This document shows positions 18,206-27,132 of a stretch of DNA of 64,000 nucleotides, piece after piece (positions within the stretch are counted from its first letter, which is position 1; each line of letters starts with the position of its first letter). The stretch is from Bacteroidia bacterium (GTDB taxonomy: Bacteria; Bacteroidota; Bacteroidia; NS11-12g; UBA9320), in NCBI GenBank assembly GCA_965216465.1, contig CBDCFW010000006.1:1152001-1216000 (forward strand). Reading direction: 5' to 3'. Under the pieces are notes generated by a model. The model was not told the origin of the DNA and made no database searches. It saw only the letters and a program-made list of their open reading frames with translations. The translations under genes were made by a program, and so were the position numbers.

Positions 18206-19450
18206 TCAGACGTTTAACTTTTTAATTTCAAGTTCAATATTGGTCTTAGTTTGGTTGGTTAAGTTTAATTCTAGTGCATTGCTTAGCGTTTGAATTGACT
18301 TGTCGTTGTGACCGTTGGCTGCTAGTAAATGTGCTTTTACCAGATAAAAGGGTACGTAGTTCTTCAATGAGAGGTTATCCAATTGCTCTATCAACGCCAA
18401 TCCTGCTTTGGGGCCTTTAACCATGGAGATCGCTACTGCTCTGTTGAGTTCAATTATAGGTGTGGGTTGTAACTCTAATAGTCGGTCGTACAGATCAAGA
18501 ATACCCTTCCAATTGGTTGAGTCATAATCTTTAGACACGGTATGATATGCTGAAATTGTAGCTAAAAGGTGATATAAAGTAACGGTTTGAGTACTTTTTG
18601 ATTGGTCTAAATAAAACAGTCCACTTTGAATCATCTCGCGATCCCATAAGGATCGATTCTGCTCCTGCAGATTTATCAATTGCCCCTCATGGGCCCTAGC
18701 ATCAAAACGGGATAAATTCAATAGCATCAAAGCCATGAGTGCATTTGCCTGTGCCTTTTCAACGATAGCATCACTCTCAATTACTATTTTTAGCAATCGA
18801 ATGGCTTCACTGCATAATTCCTTGCGAATCGACAGGATTCCAGTACTGGCGTGATACCCTTCATTATAGAGTAAATACAACACTTCCAAAACGCTATCAA
18901 GTCTTTTTTCAAGAGACTTACCAACAGGTACAAGCATCTCAATTTCTCGCATTTGTTGCTTTGCCCTAGTAATTCTCTTCTTTATACTCTCTTCATTCTT
19001 GAGAAATGCTTGAGCGATTTCCTTAACGCTAAACCCACAAAGGATTTTTAGGGTAAGAGCAACTTGCGAATCAGATGATAGCTTTGGGTGACATGTTGTA
19101 AATATCATGCGTAATTGGTCATCTGCAATTTCCTTGTCTGTATACAATTCTTTTGGTTCTATGTACTCTTGATGGCTTGTAATGTTGTTAAATATTTTTG
19201 AATCTCGCTTTAACAAATTCAATGCTTTGTTTCTTGCGACCTTATATAGCCAAGCTGAGGGGTTGTCGGGTAAGCCATTATAACTCCAACTCCTCGCAGC
19301 TTCGACCATAGCATCTTGCACAACATCTTCTGCCAATTGAGAATCCAAGCCTTGAAATCGACCTAAAAGAATAGACATTAACTTGCCATATTCATGCCGA
19401 AAAAGGTGTTCTAATTCACTGTTAATTTCGATTCTCGAGCTTTTAGGCAT
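18206..19450 (-). CDS. ECF sigma factor with long C-terminal TPR-like extension (ECF42-like, DUF6596)
   Basis: AEDVVQDA, PDNPSAWL, DDQLRMIFTTCHP, YLLYNEGY, QNRSLWD, ELNRAVA. Confidence 0.9.
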   Translation of the reverse strand: MPKSSRIEINSELEHLFRHEYGKLMSILLGRFQGLDSQLAEDVVQDAMVEAARSWSYNGLPDNPSAWLYKVARNKALNLLKRDSKIFNNITSHQEYIEPKELYTDKEIADDQLRMIFTTCHPKLSSDSQVALTLKILCGFSVKEIAQAFLKNEESIKKRITRAKQQMREIEMLVPVGKSLEKRLDSVLEVLYLLYNEGYHASTGILSIRKELCSEAIRLLKIVIESDAIVEKAQANALMALMLLNLSRFDARAHEGQLINLQEQNRSLWDREMIQSGLFYLDQSKSTQTVTLYHLLATISAYHTVSKDYDSTNWKGILDLYDRLLELQPTPIIELNRAVAISMVKGPKAGLALIEQLDNLSLKNYVPFYLVKAHLLAANGHNDKSIQTLSNALELNLTNQTKTNIELEIKKLNV

Positions 19451-19460
19451 TTCTCAAATA

Positions 19461-19741
19461 TAATTCAGTTCTGTATTGCACTTATAGAGCATGTTTGAAA
19501 GGGAAGAGCAAAAAGGCTCAAAGCGAATGGCTTAAATCTTGTTGCACCATTGGCATCGACCATCAATGGCATCCAATCTTCTAAGCTGAGAATTGTTTAT
19601 TCTGATTCTATCTAAAGCATCCCTTCCTGATGCCGTAGAAATTTTGTTTCGTTTTATTATTAGGGTCTCTGAGCTTAGTATTGGGTTATTGTATCGTGCT
19701 CTTGAAGATGAATCCAACTCACGTGAAGTTCTTATTGTCAT
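19461..19741 (-). pseudogene. Possible degenerate TraR/DksA-like C4 zinc-finger gene
   Basis: 69-aa ORF 19741-19532 ends LRRLDAIDGRCQWCNKI*; downstream frames give AIRFE / LFALPF / MLYKC, resembling the second half of the finger. Confidence 0.2.
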
Positions 19742-19813
19742 ATTTAAAGAAAGCAGGTCACGATGGATTCGCTTAGAACTCCAGCAATCTGTTTTTTGGT
19801 TAGATTTGCTAAT

Positions 19814-20428
19814 ATGTACATTCCTCCGCATTACCAAGGAAGTAGTCATGCTGACGCAATAAAATTTGTAAGGAATTATGGCTTTGGGATTTTAGTGTCT
19901 AATGGCAAAGGTGGAATTTCAACAACACATCTGCCATTTATTGTTAGACAATTAGAAGACCGATTTGTATTGAGTAGTCATATGGCTAAAGCAAACGACC
20001 AACATGAAGGATTGGATGGGAAGGAAGTTTGGGTCATATTCTCTGGACCTCATGCCTATATTTCACCAAGGCACTATGAGAAAGAAAACAATGTGCCAAC
20101 ATGGAATTATGTAGCAGTTCATGTTAAGGGAAGGTTTCGGATTCTTAACGATAAAAATGTCGACGGATTAATGGAAGAAATGATTTCGAATTATGAGCCA
20201 GATTACCACCAACACTATTCGAATTTATCACTTCATTATAAAAAGAGAATGATGGCAGGTATCGTTGGTTTTGATATTCAAATAATGGATATTCAATATA
20301 AGCAAAAACTAAGTCAAAATAAAACTGATTTGGAACGAGAAAGAATTATCAATTATCTAGTTCAGAGCCAAGAATGTACTGAACGGACACTAGGTCAATT
20401 GATGGCTGAAACTTTAACTGCACCCTGA
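19814..20428 (+). CDS. FMN-binding negative transcriptional regulator (PaiB family)
   Basis: MYIP, THLPF, HMAKAN, GPHAYISP, VPTWNYVAVH, KLSQN. Confidence 0.92.
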   Translation: MYIPPHYQGSSHADAIKFVRNYGFGILVSNGKGGISTTHLPFIVRQLEDRFVLSSHMAKANDQHEGLDGKEVWVIFSGPHAYISPRHYEKENNVPTWNYVAVHVKGRFRILNDKNVDGLMEEMISNYEPDYHQHYSNLSLHYKKRMMAGIVGFDIQIMDIQYKQKLSQNKTDLERERIINYLVQSQECTERTLGQLMAETLTAP

Positions 20429-20432
20429 TTGA

Positions 20433-21224
20433 ATGGAAAAGTACGATGCCATAGGAGTGGGCTACGACCAAAACAGGAATGCAGATCCATACCTGGCTTC
20501 AAAGATCCTTGAATTCTTACAACCAGCCGAAGGAGAGGATTTATTGGATGTTGGATGTGGGTCTGGAAATTACACACTTAGTCTAGCCGTTAAAGGAATT
20601 AATATCGTTGGAATAGACCCTTCGGTGGTTATGCTCAATAAAGCGCGAGAAAAAGACCCCAATATTCGCTGGTTGGTTGGGAAAGCAGAGAAAATTCCTT
20701 TGGGTTCAAATGAGATTGATGCAACGATTTGTACGATGACCCTACACCATTGGACAGACTTGAACTCTGGGTTAGAAGAAATTTATAGGGTGATGAAGCC
20801 AAATGGAAGGTTGGTCATACTGACTTCTACTTCTGAACAGATGCACACTTACTGGTTAAATCACTATTTTCCTGCAATGATGTCAGCAGCAAGTAGCAGA
20901 ATGCCCTCAAAAACGACCTTGCTGTCTGCTCTTCAAGCGTCTGGCTTCTATGTGCAAAAAATAGAGAAATACTTTGTACATGATGATCTTCAGGATTTAT
21001 TCTTATACAGCGGTAAAAACTACCCGGAAAGGTACTTTAATCCTCAATTCAGGTCTTCTATTTCTTCGTTTAATGACGATGCTACAGAGAATATGATAAA
21101 CTGGGGATTACAGAAACTTAAGGAGGATCTAGCCAACAATAAATTTGAAGAGATTAAAGAGCTTTATGACAACAGTCTAGGTGATTATCTTTTTATAGTG
21201 AGCACAAAAACTTCTTCATCATGA
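20433..21224 (+). CDS. Class I SAM-dependent methyltransferase
   Basis: LLDVGCGSG, GIDPS, TLHHW, RVMKPNG. Confidence 0.9.
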   Translation: MEKYDAIGVGYDQNRNADPYLASKILEFLQPAEGEDLLDVGCGSGNYTLSLAVKGINIVGIDPSVVMLNKAREKDPNIRWLVGKAEKIPLGSNEIDATICTMTLHHWTDLNSGLEEIYRVMKPNGRLVILTSTSEQMHTYWLNHYFPAMMSAASSRMPSKTTLLSALQASGFYVQKIEKYFVHDDLQDLFLYSGKNYPERYFNPQFRSSISSFNDDATENMINWGLQKLKEDLANNKFEEIKELYDNSLGDYLFIVSTKTSSS

Positions 21225-22099
21225 AAATTGGAATTTTAGGTGTTGGGGCTATCGGTAATTTAATGGCTTCACTGTTAATAGCGGGAGATTACGAACTCTT
21301 GTTCTTTAACAGAAGAAAGTTAGAACGTCTTAGGATTAGAAGTGAGGAACATATTACTGATCTTCCAATTGAAACTGTCACCGAGCCAGTTAATAAGGAA
21401 CTCGATTGGTTAATAATTTGTCTTAAAGAATATCACTACCAACGTGCTATGGTTTGGTTTACAAAATTAATTGGTAAGTCCACAAAGGTGGCGGTTATTC
21501 GAAATGGACTTAATCATAAAATTCCTTTATTAGATTTTGCGAATGACCAACAACTGTTGGAATGCATAATTGATTGTCCAGTTCAACTAGATTCAAAAGG
21601 TTATTTTCAGCTTAAGAAACCTAAAATAATCTGTAGTGCAGGAAAATTAGGCAACTCATTTTCGTCACTTTTTAAGAAAGATCAGATTACGATAGTTCAG
21701 TCCTTGGATTTTAAGACAGAAGCTTGGAAAAAAGTTTGTCAGAGTTCGGCTCTTGGAGGATTGCTATGCGTTGAACGAGACACTTGCCGAATATTCAAAG
21801 ATGAAAAAAACGTAATCAAATTTATAAATTTGCTTGAAGAGTGCATCTCCGTGGCTCGTGCGGATGGGGCCAAAATTGAGCCTGATTTTGTTCAGCTAAA
21901 AGTTAAAGAGTTAAGACATTATCCGCCATCTAAAGGTAGCTCTATGTTATCTGACCTCTTGGCCAACAAACCCATTGAACTTGGAGCAAAAAACGGGTTA
22001 ATCTCAAAAATGGGGCAAAAGTATTCACTTTCTACACCCTTGAATGACGATATTGTGAAAATCCTGAGGAGTGAGAGTTTCAATGGATTTTTACTATAG
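21221..22099 (+). CDS. Ketopantoate reductase-family oxidoreductase
   Basis: ILGVGAIG, CLK, RNGL, WKK, SSML.D...KPIE, TPLN. Confidence 0.8.
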   Translation: MKIGILGVGAIGNLMASLLIAGDYELLFFNRRKLERLRIRSEEHITDLPIETVTEPVNKELDWLIICLKEYHYQRAMVWFTKLIGKSTKVAVIRNGLNHKIPLLDFANDQQLLECIIDCPVQLDSKGYFQLKKPKIICSAGKLGNSFSSLFKKDQITIVQSLDFKTEAWKKVCQSSALGGLLCVERDTCRIFKDEKNVIKFINLLEECISVARADGAKIEPDFVQLKVKELRHYPPSKGSSMLSDLLANKPIELGAKNGLISKMGQKYSLSTPLNDDIVKILRSESFNGFLL

Positions 22100-22231
22100 G
22101 TTAGATTTTATCCTATCTTCCAAAGGATATGTCATTCAGCTGATAAACTTTACTTAAAACGCCATAATGTTGGTGTAACATGCGGTATATTTGGGCAGAA
22201 TTTTACCGATTTCATTTAAAAACCATCCTTT

Positions 22232-23068
22232 ATGAAGAAAATATTTTTGATATTTATACTTCCACATTTCTTGATTTCTTGTAATTCCAAGAGTCCAGAT
22301 AAGGAGCAAGAGAACAAGGAGAAAAGGGTAATTTCTAACATGTCGGTTGAAATTAGCGATAGTTCATTTAATGCACCCGACTCAGTTCCTGCTGGATACG
22401 TAAACTTAAAGCTAACCAACAGTTCTTCTGGAATGCACTCGGCACATCTTATTAAATTAGCTAATGGTTACACAACTGAGCAATTAATACAAGCCTATGC
22501 AGACTCCATGAGAACCGGGGGTGCTAGGCCAAAATGGATGACGCACAGAGGAGGAGTTATTTCAGAACCTGGAAGCAGTGAAATTCAATTACTGCTAGAT
22601 TCTGGAAACTATACTTGGGTTTGCGTGATGGGTGAAGAATCTGCACCTCATTTTGCTGGACACGAACACAAATCTTTAAAAGTTTACGGAACATTTGGCC
22701 CGACCCCAAATTTGCCGCAAGCAGATTTGACAATAAATATGACCGATGAAAATTTTGAGTTAAGCAAGCCTGTCTTAAAAGGAAGTCAAGCCATAGACAT
22801 TGTAAATACAGGTTCAAAATATCACTTGGTAGCCATTTCAAAACTAAACGATGGTGCCGAAGCGGAAGATGTAATCAGTTGGTTTACAAACTACAATGGT
22901 CCACCGCCAGCTAAAGGAATTATAGCTACCTCGGCAATCGGCCCCGAATTAACTGCAAGAATCAATGTTGAATTTGAATCTGGCAAATATGTTCTTTACT
23001 GTATGGCAAATGCAGAAGGGAAGTTTCACTTATTAGATGGAGCAATAACTTCATTTACTGTAGAATAG
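22232..23068 (+). CDS. Lipoprotein with two tandem cupredoxin-like domains
   Basis: Lipobox LISC; two repeats of N...H ... GxYxxxC...H. Confidence 0.6.
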   Translation: MKKIFLIFILPHFLISCNSKSPDKEQENKEKRVISNMSVEISDSSFNAPDSVPAGYVNLKLTNSSSGMHSAHLIKLANGYTTEQLIQAYADSMRTGGARPKWMTHRGGVISEPGSSEIQLLLDSGNYTWVCVMGEESAPHFAGHEHKSLKVYGTFGPTPNLPQADLTINMTDENFELSKPVLKGSQAIDIVNTGSKYHLVAISKLNDGAEAEDVISWFTNYNGPPPAKGIIATSAIGPELTARINVEFESGKYVLYCMANAEGKFHLLDGAITSFTVE

Positions 23069-23134
23069 AGAAGTAAAATTGAAGTTTATTAAGTTGAAGA
23101 AACTGCCCTTGAAAGGAATCTCTACTGCTCCAAT

Positions 23135-23746
23135 TTGACTAGATTTGAAAATACTTTGGATCGCAATCATCATAGTGCAATTAATGAGCTTACCAACCTT
23201 CTAGGTTCACTCTTTCCATTAACCGAAACACAAATTTCAGAACTTAAAGTAGTATGCTCTGTTGTGAATTTCAAAGCGGGAGAGCCATTATTGGTTAGAG
23301 GAGATTCAGCAAAATGTATTTATTATGTAATTAAAGGAGCTCAAAGAGGTGTGCTATTATCCGGCGAAAAGGAATCGACATTGTTCCTTAGTTTTGAAGG
23401 CTCCTTATGTACTAATGTTGAATCAATAATTACAGGATCGCCTGCCACATATGGAATTGAGTGCATTTCAGATTCCACTTTATTAAAGATCCCAAGATCA
23501 TTCTTTTATGATTCAAGATTTGAGGAAGATAATATCAAGTTGAGAGAAGCAATTTTTTCCAATATTTTAGTTCAAATGAATCGGCGTATCGAAGAGCTAT
23601 TGGGCCTAACCGCAGAAGAGAGGTTTAAAGTTTTTTTGTCCAGATCAGGTAGTGTCTTGAACAAAATACCGCATAAGTATATTGCCTCTTTTCTTGGCAT
23701 GTCTAAGTATACTTTTAGTAGGCTGCTTAATTCTCACCGACTTTAA
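23135..23746 (+). CDS. Crp/Fnr-family transcriptional regulator
   Basis: cNMP-binding-like N-terminus; TAEERF...IPHKYIASFLGMSKYTFSR helix-turn-helix. Confidence 0.85.
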   Translation: MTRFENTLDRNHHSAINELTNLLGSLFPLTETQISELKVVCSVVNFKAGEPLLVRGDSAKCIYYVIKGAQRGVLLSGEKESTLFLSFEGSLCTNVESIITGSPATYGIECISDSTLLKIPRSFFYDSRFEEDNIKLREAIFSNILVQMNRRIEELLGLTAEERFKVFLSRSGSVLNKIPHKYIASFLGMSKYTFSRLLNSHRL

Positions 23747-23771
23747 AAGTTGCTGAAGAGCAACTTTTAAA
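23742..23771. promoter_or_regulatory. Perfect 13-bp inverted repeat, core TTGCT-N4-AGCAA (putative Crp/Fnr operator)
   Basis: tttaaaagttgct-gaag-agcaacttttaaa between regulator and hydrolase. Confidence 0.55.
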
Positions 23772-23828
23772 ACAACTGCATTCTCCAAAATTGCATTGAG
23801 AAATAGTCACGTTATTATCTGTATTTGC

Positions 23829-24890
23829 ATGATCAATATTTGGAAATTGAAAGGTTGTTTGAGGATTTTCTTGATAGTTTTGACAACAGCAATACTAATT
23901 ATCATTGCAAATCGCTTAATGGCAAAACCAATAGTCTCACCAGAATTTGTTAAAGTCAACGATCATTCCCAATGGATCTACTATTTTGGTAAAGATACTT
24001 CAAAGCCACTGGTTTTATTTGTACACGGAGGGCCAGGAACGACAGAAACACCCTTCTTTCATAAATACAATAAGAATTTAGACCAGGATTATTTGGTCGC
24101 ATTTTGGGAGCAACGAGGAGCTGGTAAAACGTTTAGAAATAAATGTCCAGATTCAACCATGAATCTTGAACAAATCGTTTCTGATTGTAAGGAAGTTACG
24201 GAGTATCTTTTGCGAAAATTTAATCGTAAAAAGTTGATCTTAATTGGACACTCGTGGGGCACAATTGTATCGATGCATGTCTTGGATAGATATCCTCACC
24301 TTTACCATTGCTACTTTGGAATTGCGCAATCAAGTAATGCATACGAAGAAGAACTAGAAATTCATAGATGGCTGGTGTCTACTGCGACGATCAATAAAGA
24401 TAAAAAAGCATTAAAGAAACTAATCAAACAAGGCCCTCCAATTAAAGGTAGAATTACACCCCTTGATCAAATAAGCTATCGCGTATCGTTGGTAAACAAA
24501 TATGGAGGAGCAGCCTTCTACAATAATCCAAAAGGCTACAATGAACTGGTTAAAGCTGTATTAAAAGCTCCGTTCTATAATATTAGAGATAAACTCAATT
24601 ATTTGCGAAGTGAGAAATACTCCCTTAAACTGATGTACGGAGATTTTGCTAATGTAAATCTATTTGAATCGATTGACTCACTTAAAGTTCCAATAGTGCT
24701 ATTGCATGGTGAAGGAGACTATCAAGTTCCTATTGAAATTGCTACATCTTTTTTAGAACATCTAAATGCACCCTATAAGAAAATGTACCGCTTAGAAAAT
24801 ATGGCTCACGGTGTATTATTCGAAGATCCTAAGAAGTTCAAGACTATTATTGATGAAGAAATCAGGAGTTTAAAAATCTTAGAAGGCTGA
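23829..24890 (+). CDS. Alpha/beta hydrolase (proline iminopeptidase-like)
   Basis: HGGPG, EQRGAG, GHSWG nucleophile elbow, D and H (MAHG) triad; start uncertain. Confidence 0.85.
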   Translation: MINIWKLKGCLRIFLIVLTTAILIIIANRLMAKPIVSPEFVKVNDHSQWIYYFGKDTSKPLVLFVHGGPGTTETPFFHKYNKNLDQDYLVAFWEQRGAGKTFRNKCPDSTMNLEQIVSDCKEVTEYLLRKFNRKKLILIGHSWGTIVSMHVLDRYPHLYHCYFGIAQSSNAYEEELEIHRWLVSTATINKDKKALKKLIKQGPPIKGRITPLDQISYRVSLVNKYGGAAFYNNPKGYNELVKAVLKAPFYNIRDKLNYLRSEKYSLKLMYGDFANVNLFESIDSLKVPIVLLHGEGDYQVPIEIATSFLEHLNAPYKKMYRLENMAHGVLFEDPKKFKTIIDEEIRSLKILEG

Positions 24891-24992
24891 GACCATTCAC
24901 GCTCTATAAATCACTTCGGACTAGAAAGATATTCCTAAACGACCATTTATTTACTTTGTGTCTGGTGAGATGTAGTAGCAAAGATCTTCTAC

Positions 24993-25469
24993 CTACCAAA
25001 CATATCGGATACCGAGGGCTAATCCCCAACCTAATCCATGGTCATTCCCAATAAAATCCCACATAGGTCTACCGTCAATGCTTAGTTGAAATGGAGCTTT
25101 GGATGAAAAGTTGTATTCAATTCCTACTTGTCCACCTATAGATAGACTCATATGATCTTCGCTACGCTTGTGCTCATGAAATCCAATTGCAGCTCCTGGT
25201 CCTGCATACCAATTTAACCCCCCGTCTAGATTCCAAACCCACTGATAAATTCCAGCAATATGAGTGTGGTTGTTATTACTATTTCCATAAAGACCAAGAT
25301 CAAGTTCCAGCCTGTTTGATGAGCTGAGTAGGTGCTGATAACTTATTTCTGCACCATTAATATCACCATCACCTCCAAGCCTTAATCCTAAAGCATGAGA
25401 GCTAATTTGGCCAAGTGAAGAAAAGCCAAGTAGACCGGCACCTAGTATTGTAAATAAAATCTTTTTCAT
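24993..25469 (-). CDS. Small outer-membrane beta-barrel protein
   Basis: ALGLRLG, WYAGPG, GIEYNF, SIDGRP, C-terminal GIRYVW. Confidence 0.75.
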   Translation of the reverse strand: MKKILFTILGAGLLGFSSLGQISSHALGLRLGGDGDINGAEISYQHLLSSSNRLELDLGLYGNSNNNHTHIAGIYQWVWNLDGGLNWYAGPGAAIGFHEHKRSEDHMSLSIGGQVGIEYNFSSKAPFQLSIDGRPMWDFIGNDHGLGWGLALGIRYVW

Positions 25470-25799
25470 GTTTTTGATTATATAAATTTAATGATATTAG
25501 AAAAATCCTCTTTTTGCAGTTGCAATATACAAGAGGTGAAGGAAATGGTGTGAGAAGAATAAGGTTTAGATTGGTTGGTTGTTATCTAATTTTTACAATC
25601 AAACAATTGCATGGGTCTATCAAGGTCGTCTTGAGCAAATTTAGCATAGCTCTGTAGAGAGACCTTTGAATCGATAAATCGGGTAAATTTGAAAACCTAG
25701 GGTCTTTGCGTATATGCAATTCTACAGATTTCATAATATTATTGCAAACTGTCGGTTTAATTTCGTTCTGAAAACTTTAGACTGCGCCCAACTGAAAAA

Positions 25800-26627
25800 A
25801 TGGAAATAAAGGATAAAATTATTACAGAGTCTAGAAAATGGCATAACACTATTCTGAATGGCGATCCAGTAATGAATGTTTTGGATTTCTGTACATTCAT
25901 TACTACATTATTTAAGCAAAATCAAAATTGGTTGTTCAGAGGTGAATCACACTTGTTTGATAATCCAATGACACCATCTTTATTAAGGGAGAATATTGCA
26001 GATCTTAACAGAAGCGACCCCAATAGAAATATTACTGATCTTGAAATTAAGGAAGTTGAAAAATGTCAAAATGAAGTAGAAAATGGTGTAATAACCGATA
26101 AGTATTTAAAAGCCTTTCTTCCAATGATGCATTTAGACGATATAAATTGGCTACCATTGGCAAGACATTTTGATTACAAGACGAGACTTTTAGATGTTAC
26201 TTCTAACCCCCTTGTTGCACTTTATTTTGCATGTGCAAGCTTACACAAAGGTAAAATCTCTACTGATGATGATGCCTTTGTTTATGCCTTTTTAAGCGGA
26301 AACTTACGTCCAGTAAATGACAAAAACAAGAAGCAAAATACAAGTTCAGACTTTCCTCCAATACCTATTAATTACCTCGATTTGTACGATGTTGATAGTC
26401 AGTTTGATGTTGACTTTAATAGGATGCCCTATATTTTTGAGGCCAGCATTCCACAGCAAAGGCTTGTTGCACAATCTGGAAAATTTATTTTTTGGAAAGA
26501 GTTAGCTCCAGTCCTGCATGAAAAACAAATCATACCAATTAGAATTTCTGCCTCAGAAAAGCAAATCATTTTAAACGAACTAACCGCCTTTGGAATTGAC
26601 CAAAAATCGTTATTCCCAAATGTCTAG
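25800..26627 (+). CDS. FRG domain-containing protein
   Basis: WLFRGE, PSLLR, ARHF..KTRLLDVT.NPLVALYFAC, R..AQSGKF, L..FGI...SLFP. Confidence 0.9.
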   Translation: MEIKDKIITESRKWHNTILNGDPVMNVLDFCTFITTLFKQNQNWLFRGESHLFDNPMTPSLLRENIADLNRSDPNRNITDLEIKEVEKCQNEVENGVITDKYLKAFLPMMHLDDINWLPLARHFDYKTRLLDVTSNPLVALYFACASLHKGKISTDDDAFVYAFLSGNLRPVNDKNKKQNTSSDFPPIPINYLDLYDVDSQFDVDFNRMPYIFEASIPQQRLVAQSGKFIFWKELAPVLHEKQIIPIRISASEKQIILNELTAFGIDQKSLFPNV

Positions 26628-26693
26628 GAACCTTCTGAAATGTTCAAATAGATTAAATGGAGAGACGATAAATAATTAAATCTGTTTTACCTC

Positions 26694-26722
26694 AAAAAAA
26701 AGCCCTCCTTTCGGAGAGTTTT
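26694..26722 (-). terminator. Rho-independent terminator (second, distal to tRNA-Glu)
   Basis: Minus-strand AACUCUCC-GAAA-GGAGGGCU followed by U-run. Confidence 0.7.
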
Positions 26723-26861
26723 TCGCTACTTTTCTTAAACCCTCTAGCCCCTAGTCCCTACGTTTGTTGGGATAAAGTCCCCTAGCTTTGTGCCTAAAAT
26801 TAGGCACAAAAAAACCCAACCTTTTCAGGCTGGGTTTTCGCTACTTTTCAGTAGCCCCTAG
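26720..26861. repeat. Direct repeats of tRNA-Glu 3' end and trailer (att-like scar)
   Basis: tagcccctag at 26745-26754 and 26852-26861; ttttcgctacttttc at 26720-26734 and 26835-26849. Confidence 0.65.
26808..26838 (-). terminator. Rho-independent terminator of tRNA-Glu
   Basis: Minus-strand AACCCAGCCU-GAAA-AGGUUGGGUU plus U-run. Confidence 0.75.
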
Positions 26862-26923
26862 GGGAATCGAACCCCTCTTTCCAGGATGAAAACCTGGCGT
26901 CCTAACCGATAGACGAAGGGGCC
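26852..26923 (-). tRNA. tRNA-Glu (TTC)
   Basis: GGCCCCTTCGTCTATCGGTTAGGACGCCAGGTTTTCATCCTGGAAAGAGGGGTTCGATTCCCCTAGGGGCTA; cloverleaf, TTC anticodon, GTTCGATTC T-loop; CCA not encoded. Confidence 0.97.
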
Positions 26924-27132
26924 AAATTACTTTGGTCTCTTCTTCTAGACATTTATCGTCTAGATCCGGCTCCGAAACCTTCGGAGACAACAACGAAAAC
27001 TTGTTTCCAAGCAGGGCTTCCGTCGTTTTGCGGGTGCAAAAGAAATATTAATCTTCGAAATATCAAAAAATATTTCTAGAATATTAAATTTGCACCTTCA
27101 TTTATCAAACACAAACTTAAAAGTCACTAAAA

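Noticed and set aside
19593-19862. 89-aa plus-strand ORF
   Set aside because: Overlaps the paiB promoter and start; no motifs
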